Assembly: GCF_964204645.1 (NCBI RefSeq)
Contig: NC_134035.1
Span: forward strand, 6,324,001 to 6,388,000
Origin: Tubulanus polymorphus
Lineage: Eukaryota > Animalia > Nemertea
DNA length: 64,000 bases
Reading direction: 5' to 3'
The notes under the pieces were generated by a model, which had not been told where the DNA came from, did no database searches, and saw only the letters and a program-made list of their open reading frames with translations. The position numbers and the translations under genes are program-made. Below, piece after piece: positions 54,766-64,000 of the stretch. The number at the start of each line of letters is the position of its first letter. The stretch's first letter is position 1.

Positions 54766-56868
54766 ACGATTACGATTACGATTACGATTTTATTTACACT
54801 CCAATCATTTCCATGGTATATGGAGGAAAACTACTACACATGTATATACAAATATTTACAAAACAACACTGAAGTGGTTAAAATTTAGAGAATGGAAACG
54901 TAACAAAATATATATACATCAACTATTTACAATACTATATAATACTATTGGAGGGATCTATATACATCTAAGCCGGTCTTAATGAATTTAGCTAATTGGA
55001 CCGTTGGGTTTTTCAGAATATCAAGGGTAATAAAGGTCTTCAAATTCAAATAGTTTTTGCGGGGTTCGTTAAGTAAGGTACAGTCAAACAGAAAATGGGA
55101 TTCGTCACCTAAAGTATTACAAGTGGGGCATATTCTATCGGCTCTGTCTAAATGAAGGTTTGAAAATTTGTTCACAGGTAAAATATAGGACCTGACCCTA
55201 AATTCAAATAAACTAGTTCCTAAGTCATCACCAAGTTCTATTATATACTTCTCTAACCTAATATCATTTTTATATTGCCTAAAGTTAGTGTATATCGGAT
55301 TAGTATTTATGGTAGATACGGTTTCTTGAAGGTGCTGATCACGGAGTATCTGTTTTATTCGTTTTGAAAAAGATTTACTGTTTGTCACGTATTGCTGCGT
55401 CCAAATACAGGACAAACCACAGTCATCAAAGGTTTTTTTATATATGATAACCAAGGGCTCTTGAATTTATCCCTTAAAAACAAGTTGAAAGATATTTTAA
55501 GTAATGAATTAAGTTTGGTTTGCTTTCCAGATACTGTTTTAACCCAAAAGTTGATTATCCTGCGTCTAACATCTATATTCAAAGGATAAACGTCCTAGCT
55601 CTGATAATATTTGTAAGTTGCGAGAATATTTCGTCACTTTCATTAAGATTTTACAGAAGAAGCAATGAATATTTTCTAATAAATTAAGATTTTCGTATCC
55701 CCAGATCTCACACCCATACATGGCTATTGGAGCAACACACATATCAAATAATTTAAACATAACATCCATGGGCTATCTTAAACGTCTGCCTTTTTGAACG
55801 ATCGAAAACATAGCTCTCAAAGCTTTATCGTAAAGATATTTTTTTGCCTTAGCAAAGTTACCATTCCAATTAAATTTTACTCCGAGATAAACATAATCTT
55901 CAACTACCTCTAACTCTTGATCACCAAACATAAATTTCGAAATCGTTTTTATCCGAGATTAACTTCGCGCAAATACTAGTACTTTGGTTTTCTCTGAGTT
56001 TACAGTGAGACCATTAGTGGCACAATATTCAAATAAGGTATCTAAGTGTATAGCTGAAGCGATTTCTCATCCTCAGCAAGAATAACTGTATCATCTGCGT
56101 ATAGTATTATGAATAAATTCAGTAAAGTATCAATATCCTGGTCACGATTCAAATTTAGTTTTTCAATAAATGACAAAGTCGATTTTCCACGATCAATGAA
56201 AAATTCTTCGATGTCGTTTAAGAATAACGAAAAGAGGATAGGTGTGAGATTTTCGAATTGCCTTAAGGCTCTATCAGCTGCAAGTATTGTGACGTGCAAC
56301 CATAAAATTTAACACATGATTATATGGAATTATACATATTTTGACCACATTGAAAAAGTTTCCATTAACACTGTTAGCAATTAATTTTCGCCATAACGTT
56401 ACCCCAGAAATCGAGTCGAAAGCTTTCTTAAAATCATAAAGGCGCAAAAAAGTCTTCTTCCCTGACAAAGATACAGCTCTACGATTGTTATTTAAGCGTG
56501 TAAATATGATCAATAGTGGAATGTTTCGATCTAAAGCCAGCCTGAGCTTCACTTAAATTAATAATGTCATTCGTATTTAGGAATGTTGACAATCTCTGAT
56601 TTAGGTTACTTGAAAATAACTTTCCAAGACAGCTAACTAAGGTAATACCTCTATAATTATCAGGGTTAGAGGGATCACCATTCTTTTTGAAAATGGGTTT
56701 GATGACGCCTATAGACCATATCTCTGAAACATATCCTGTTTTAAGAACTAAATTGAATAATTTTTGTAATATATCAACTGAAAACGGGTACTGACTAACT
56801 CTCAACAGCTCATTCGTGATTCCATCAATGCCTAAAGCCTTATTGTTTGTTAGTGTTAATAGCGCCAT
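54766..56868 (-). mobile_element. 5'-truncated, decayed non-LTR retrotransposon (LINE; same broad group as the 33.8 kb copy but a distinct family)
   Basis: Minus-strand fragments: NNKALGIDGITNELL...KKNGDPSNPDNYRGITLVSCLGKLF...QAGFRSKHSTIDHI, DFKKAFDSI, ENLTPILFSLFLND, YADD (56090-56101), YGCEIWG, SELGRL, and RICPTCNTLGDESHFLFDC. The 3' end has AATAAA (54789-54794) followed by an (ATCGTA)4 tail (54766-54789). There are several frameshifts and stop codons. Confidence 0.95.
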
Positions 56869-59800
56869 CTAGTCAGTAAGATGTTGATACCGCTGACGTA
56901 ATTACCAATATTACTCATTTTTAAGTCAATCGGTTTTGTCCCGGTGCGTCGTCTTTGGCGACAATACGAAAAAAACTGGATGGTGTCTTTCGGCGCCGTA
57001 TGGACAAATCGACACCTCACACTCAGCCGACAATTTCATCGAATAAATGTTTCAAGAACTCGCAGAAAACGCCATAAGTTCGACTCGGAAGTAATCGAAT
57101 AATTCGTGGGAGAACGGCCATTCCGCGCAGCTGGTACAGACAGTGACCGATAGTCAGAGTGATCATCTCTCTCTAAACGCGCGGTTGTTGTGGCTGCAGC
57201 CGCATCGTGTGCACTTTGTATGCGAACTCATGAGGCTTAAAAAGTGAGCCGGAGTCTGCCGTGCGGTGTAAGGAAACCAAATGTGACTGGTGAAATATCT
57301 GGATGGTTGATTCCTGCCGGACTTTGTGCTGAATAATGCATGAACACTGCGCTAGTCGGATTCCTTCCAAATGTCATATCGAAGATGCACCGAAATGTAA
57401 AAGCCCGATGCTCCGCTCTGACTCTGAATATCTCATCAAACATCGACTATTAAACGTATATTGTAAAATTTGGGTCGGACTGTTCACGCACTGGTAATGA
57501 AAAACTATTCAAAATCCAAAGCCTCAGCGAAATGATAATAATACACAACTGTCCTTACTCTTTAGCCTGCCGTAAATATCTCACCGAGTTGACAATCAGG
57601 GAAATAGAGAATTGGTATATAAGTAATCACCGAGTTGACCGGTTCTGAATTGAGCGGTTTACCATGAGGCCGAGTGTCGAGATAAAGTCCAACATTTTGT
57701 TCGCACGTGTAGCTATCATAGGTGACCGCCTCCGTATCATCTTTATCATCTTGAATAATAAAATCATAAGTTTGTATGCAGAATACACAAATAAAAGGGG
57801 GTTTTAGGCTCACTTTAATATGGTTTTGTATGAAATTTCGGAATTGTAATGTCACATTTTAACGAGAGGCTTTAATGAAATCGTTGATGTAGAACTCCGA
57901 TGAAAGTCTTTTTAAGCAGGGCACGTCTTTGTAAATGTATGCGTATTGGTTACTGTCAATAAGGATTACCCGACAGTCGACATGTCTGTATCCTCGGCTT
58001 ACCGAGAATCCCTAAACAGTCGACACGAGAAACTTTTACAAATTCCCTCCTGGCGTCGACTTTCTGAGGTTGAACCTGAGGCCGAGATTTAGTAGTCGGC
58101 AATGAAACAAACATTTTTGTCCTGTTTTTTTTTAACTCGTTCTTTTTTCATTCGATGGGGGCAAAGTATCCGTTGGTCAAAGGTATTTCTCGTCTCTCAT
58201 ATGAAGAAATGAGACCCGCGGGAAATGCCCTGAGTATAGCACTCAGTGGACTGAGGTGAAAAGAGATTCCGAACCTGCGAAAGGTGCTCAGTGAGCTGAG
58301 GTGATTAAAAAGAGTCCGTATGATTTCCATGTTATTCTTATCGAGTGTATATATGGTATGTATTTAGGCCTGCTTTTCGTACAATTTATCCCTTTATTTT
58401 TCATTATCCTGCAACTACGATGAACATCATGCTTATACAACTAGATCTTGAAACTATCGTTATCTGTTTATTCGGTGTCTTTTTCCATCGCTATCTTCTT
58501 ACAGCGTTTGTGACACTTTTGACAACTATGTCTCTGCGTCGAATATCTAGTATTGACATCTAAATGAATTATATATAAATTGTTTCTGTCATGGAGTTTA
58601 TAATTGCAACTGCATCGATCCCCGTTTATCTTCATAATACACAATATACAGATATCTGATCCTGGCGTCGAGATTCTGATTTGTTTTTCGTGATATCTAC
58701 ATCCATATATATCAGTAAATATCGATTTCTATGCAGTGGCCCGTTGAGTTAGTTCCATGATCAACATTATTTCGGTGGATATATCGTGCGTTCTGCCTCA
58801 CAAAGATAACTATTGGTTTTCGATACTTGGTACCGAAAGATAGTATTCCAGAAGTTTCTGTGGTACTTAAGAGAGTTGTGGTGAGTTGGGAGAGTTGTGA
58901 AGCGGTCGTGTTCCTGGTGCAAATCAGTAGATATGAAGACAAAAATAATACATTGAAGTAAATCGATCTTAAGTACGAGTATTCGTAGCGTGTACAGTAG
59001 CTTCCTCAGAAAAATAAGCGATGAGCGGGTCTTAAGAGACGGCCAGGGCTAAATTAACAAGGCTACTATAAAACTTGATTTAAGCCGTAACTTCAGTGCA
59101 AAAGGGTCTTTACTTTTTCTTTTTGGCAAAATATGATGGACATGATGGACGATTGCGGTATTCGTTGTTGCGTAATTTGCGGTTAAAACGTGCGTAAAAG
59201 AATTTGACCGACGATGTGGATAGAAAAGATGTTATGATAATAAAAAGATGATAAAAATGTTATTGCCGGTTGCTTGAAACTTTTTGTCGAGTTTCAATTA
59301 GGTTTCTATTGAATTAACCAAGAAGCTCAAATGAAGCACTTCCTCCCTCGGATATGATTTAGAGAATATTAACAATCGATTCGTCTGATGATTGAAAGTT
59401 GTATCTATCGCTGAAACTAGACACAGTCGTTGCCTGAAATGAATTACGTCTAGTGCTTTTTTACAGAGTTCTATTGAATCTGCGGTCGTGATATTTACCT
59501 AAACGACGCGGGTTAATTTCGAGCATTTCTAAAGAAGTTCAGCCCGCATTTTCAGCAGTTTGTTGACTCTGCATTGAAGGGGTGTCGAGCATGTACGTAT
59601 CGGAATGCCGCGACTCTATTCTCACGAGACTATACGCAATGATAAACGAGATGATCGAACGGCAATTCAGTAAATTGTTCGATATTTCGCAGACCTACTA
59701 ATTACAGACAGCATGCTGTAATCACCACCGTAATGTGATGGCAGCACCGTACAGTGGTCGTCATTCACGCGTAACCATTTGAAATGATGAAATCCCATCT

Positions 59801-61354
59801 GAACAAGATCAATTTCTAAAAGAAATTTCATGCGACGATTTGCTGCCGAATATTTAGTCAAATGCAAATTTATTATCCATATAATTCTATATTTTTAAGT
59901 TGCTTTGTAATCGAGAAATTTAACAATAGCATTGATTATTCAAAAACTGTAGACGCCGATTCAGCAATTGATTGTTTACTTTATTGGATGACTATTAAAA
60001 ATGTGCATCCGCGATGTCGCAATATTCAATATTATCCTATTGAAAATTAAAGTTAATACCGATGAAAAATGAGATACGTCAAAATAAGTACTTTGTATTC
60101 AAAACTATTTTGGCAATCGAATCGAATTTTAATCGATTTCTTTGTAGTCAGGTGTATGGGAGGTCAATATTTTGGATTCGTTTACTTCATCGAAGTAAAC
60201 GAAATTTTGCTTTAGATCTCATACCCCCGACTATAGGCATTGGTTGATGCATCATTATTTTTATGTCATCACATCTTGATTTGAATAGTCAATTCTCTCT
60301 ATACTGTGTACTTAAATGTGGAACTCCTAAGGTGCATTTGGAAAACTAAGGAGCAATCAAGTCTATTCGAATTTGAATTGAATTAAGTCCATTACGTGGT
60401 AGCGTTGGAAGATACCATGAGGCATTGGCGCTGTCACAACAACCATCAGATGCACCAGGATGTCCCCTTAATCTTCCAAGCGAACTATTTGGTATTTTAG
60501 TGGTACATTTTTTGAAAGAAAATTATTGCAATGAAATTTGCTTGTCAGATGGAATTGATGATCGTCGTGAACGATACTTCGAGCCATGCGGGCAACAACT
60601 CGGCAGCGTTTGTGCATGACCACGTTATCGGGAAATTGAATACTTCCTCGTATTCGGTTTAAAACAACATATTCCGTTTGATGAGTGACAAACAGCACGA
60701 CTGTAGCTGATATGTCTCATTCGGCTGCACGCTAATAAACTGACACCGGACATAGCAATATTTTGTACAAGACTTTGCGGCCTGTATCAATTATGAAAAG
60801 GAAACTCTTTTTGACAAGTCGTCTCTAATGCACGAAGCGGCGATCTCAGTCACGCATCGCTGATATGTCGCCATATAGAGCAAAAAAGGAAATTGTGGCT
60901 TTGTCCTGGACGTTGCGGGTCGTGATGGTTCTGATGCCAGATTGGATTAAACATGAAAGGAACAACATCAACATCGATGTCTTATCAGTGTCTTCGTTAT
61001 AACTAATATTTTCAGAATATCTAATTTCTACGACTACCATATTCAGCAGATTTTTCTTAGAAAGAAAAAATATTAGACATTTTTGGCGTGCTCCAAACAA
61101 TCATTTTCGGTGTATCCTATTTTTAAGAAATTTATCTACGGCAATCCTGGGAAAATGTGTTTTCTTGGTACCAAGTATTTTTAAAATTTTCACAATTTAG
61201 GCGCGTTTGATAATTTTCAATTAGCTGAAATTGCACTTTCATAGCGTCTCATAGAGCGGTGCGACTATTGTATTTTTTAAACAAAGGTTTGAAAAGTTCT
61301 CCCTGGGCTAATATTACATTATACTCGAAGAAGCTTTTCATTCAGCAGCAGTGC

Positions 61355-61407
61355 GAGAGGGAGTAAGAGAGGGAGGGAGGGAGGGAGCAAGGGAGTGAGA
61401 GGAAAGA
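61355..61407. repeat. Purine-rich (GGGA/GA)n tract
   Basis: gagagggagtaagagagggagggagggagggagcaagggagtgagaggaaaga. Confidence 0.85.
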
Positions 61408-63570
61408 AATATAATTGTCTGTTTTATCAAGAGCACACGTCGAAACACAATTTAAGCCGACTGAAAACTCACAAGATCAAAGGCTTTTGCGGGAAGGTAG
61501 AGTCTTATTTGGAACGTTGATTTAATTTTCTTATCATTCGCCAACCAGAGCTTGCGACAGGCGCGGATTGAGCTGAGAGAGTGATGTCGTGTTGTTGCTG
61601 TTGCTTCCTTTGTAGTGAATGGTTCGTAATTTGTTCGTCATTACGATAAACCAACGGCTCTAACGTTTAAACGAATGCACAGACGACCATACTCGAGTGA
61701 CACGCCGGTTGTAAACAGCAGCAGCAGTAGCAGCCGCTCCAGTAGCTGCTCCAACTGCAGATCAAACAAGTGAAAAGCTGTTGGGCCACTTGGTCAAAAC
61801 ATGGACGTATCTAGTTTATGAGTCCACGATCTAAAGCGAACCATCGGATTTAGATACTACGATTGTCAGTTATCCATTGCTTACTTCAATTTCAATTCCC
61901 TGTTCGCACGCTGCTGTATTCTGGCCGCGAAAGCTAAGATCCTGACGCTCCGGATGTCGGCGTAGGACATTATAATGTTACGATACAGAATACAGCAGTG
62001 TGAAATTGCGATGATTGTTATATATGGGTGGAACGGGACCTTTTTAAGAATCTCGGTAAAGTGGCCTGAACTGGGTCGCTGAGTCGACACTTTCACCCGA
62101 AGTGTGGCCACCCTAATCTGCTATCTTTGGAATCATTTAATCTAATGAAGAGCCATGGTATACGTACATTACGGCGTTGATGTAAGATTTCATCGTCACT
62201 TCCGAAACAAATAGTTTCATCAGCCGCCTTTACTTTCGTGTTATAACAGAGCGTGATACCCGCAAATATGTAAGCATGGACGAACTGAAGCGACCGCAAT
62301 ACAATTAACTTGTTGTCCAAGATAATTCGCCATAATTGAAAACCATGCAGCCGTGAACACCGTAAATAAAAAGTCACGTGGCGTGAACAACTTCTGAGCC
62401 GCTTCTCACATTGTAGTGCTGCACACTGCTTGTAATATAGTAAGATTAAATTTCGGTTGAAGTTCCTGTCGGGGAAAGTAAGACACTTCCTTCATCATAG
62501 AAAAATAAACTAAAGTAACTAAGATGTTACATTTTCATCATGAAGTCGGATACTTCCATTTAGATTATTCATACTATTTTTGACCACAGATGTTGTTTGC
62601 CCCACGAGTATCAGACTGACCGTCAATTCGACAGAAGTCCACCAGCCGGGTCGTTTATTCCAACGGTCTTTTAGGCTTCATTTTGATAGTGGAGGTTTTT
62701 TGTGGAAGATTCTTCTGGCGTCTCTCCCTCTAAGAGAAACCTTGACCCAGCTGAAAGTGCCTTGAGCAAGTTGTAGTGGGTTGACAGAAACCTTTTATGA
62801 ATCAAACCAGCGAGTATTTTTCTATCTCAAAAATCGGACTTGAGGCTCTTGGCCGAGTGCCTTGTAGATGTTAAGAAATTTGCTCTTGGCGAAAAAACCG
62901 ACCTCGAGACACAATTCTCATTGATATGAATCACCGTCGGACGATTCTTACAAACGCGCAGTTCACCAAGTTTTTTTCTCGTTTAGCAATGAAAACAAAG
63001 TTGAGACAGATCGACGAAATAGCTTTGATTACAAAATAACACATGCATCGTTATGCGCGTCGATCTGAGAATCGATTCGGCTGTGAGAATTCGGCGTCAG
63101 TTTCACGGAGCGCGCGGTCTAATCCAGATTATCTCCGTTAACCGTAATCAGTCCGCGGACAACAACACGGCATCCCAGCGTGTATCATATCATTTGCGAT
63201 CAGAAAAAACACCAACTCTAGTCCAGCGTCTACGTGATAGAGGCTGACTCAGTTAATATTCATAAAGAGTGAGTGGAGTCGTCGAGTGGTTAATATCACG
63301 CTGGACATCGGAATATGTTTCGATGAAAGATGCCCTCGATATATCACCACTAATAACAATCATAAGTGGTCTCATCTTTATCTAGGAAGTAGTTGTCTTC
63401 CAATGGCGCAAGTTATAATTCGTCTGTGACTCAGGAAATTGGTACTCATGGTTGGTATTTCATTTGTGAGACCAGTGAACCAGCCGCTACTGTGGTCTAG
63501 TACCTCTGATTAGACAAATTCATTTTTTCATATCAGGTTATATGATTTAAGTGCACATCTTGATTCACGG

Positions 63571-63672
63571 TATCCGGTTCCACGGTTATAGTTTGACTTA
63601 AGAACGAAATGCTGGAAATGAGTTTATCTTAACATTAAAGGTGTCAAAACAAAAAACCTGCAGAACTGGATC
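63571..63672. mobile_element. Degenerate full-length copy of MITE family A
   Basis: Ends are TATCCGGTTCCACGGTT and AACCTGCAGAACTGGATC, followed by CAG. The length is similar to the 20977 element. Confidence 0.55.
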
Positions 63673-64000
63673 CAGATGACATTTAATTGTAGGACGGCTG
63701 AGGAATCGGCATTATTCTTACTTATGCCATTGTACCTGACGCTCAGTGGGTAGAATTCTTTATTTCTTCATTGCATTAGATTTTATTAGACCGTTCTTAA
63801 CTCTCTACGATCATATTAACCTAAAATGTGAATCAGAAAGTGTAGGTATATTCTGATAGCGGGTGCGCGACTGTCGACCTCACGGAAAAATGCTCACAAC
63901 GAAATAGACAAAAAGAAATCAGTCGTGTGTTTGAAAAGAAGATGAAGAACTAGCTATCAATCAGAAGGCTATTGTCAATATACTTTGTGCGACAAGGTTT

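Noticed and set aside
58587-58598. TGTCATGGAGTT matches the first 12 nt of miR-281; partial matches also to miR-9 (~5529), miR-7 (~26722) and miR-29 (~59775)
   Set aside because: The matches do not extend to the full mature sequence and I see no precursor hairpin. No miR-10, let-7, miR-100 or miR-125 was found by eye.

Overview
This is eukaryotic, most likely invertebrate animal, genomic DNA. It is roughly 40% GC by eye and shows no evident CpG depletion. I found no intact or recognisable host protein-coding gene, rRNA, tRNA or CRISPR array, so the window reads as a gene desert or part of a very large intron. Almost all ORFs in the supplied track look spurious. The only recognisable protein sequence comes from three decayed non-LTR retrotransposon (LINE) copies: 33.8-35.9 kb (+), 54.8-56.9 kb (-), and 38.7-39.1 kb (-), the last of which the ORF track misses. 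Other interpretable features are a structured LINE-type 3' end, a tRNA-derived SINE, many short palindromic MITEs that sit at CWG sites, two CAGG-ended non-autonomous DNA transposons with perfect 5-bp target-site duplications (TSDs), a palindromic Penelope-like relic with a dead hammerhead-like core, and microsatellites. The most interesting unexplained signals are an inverted pair of about 115-bp YY1/ETS/ACGTG-containing modules 3 kb apart, several co-oriented CTCF-like motifs, and a candidate recursive splice site or micro-exon. I cannot support a claim of a new biological system from this sequence alone.
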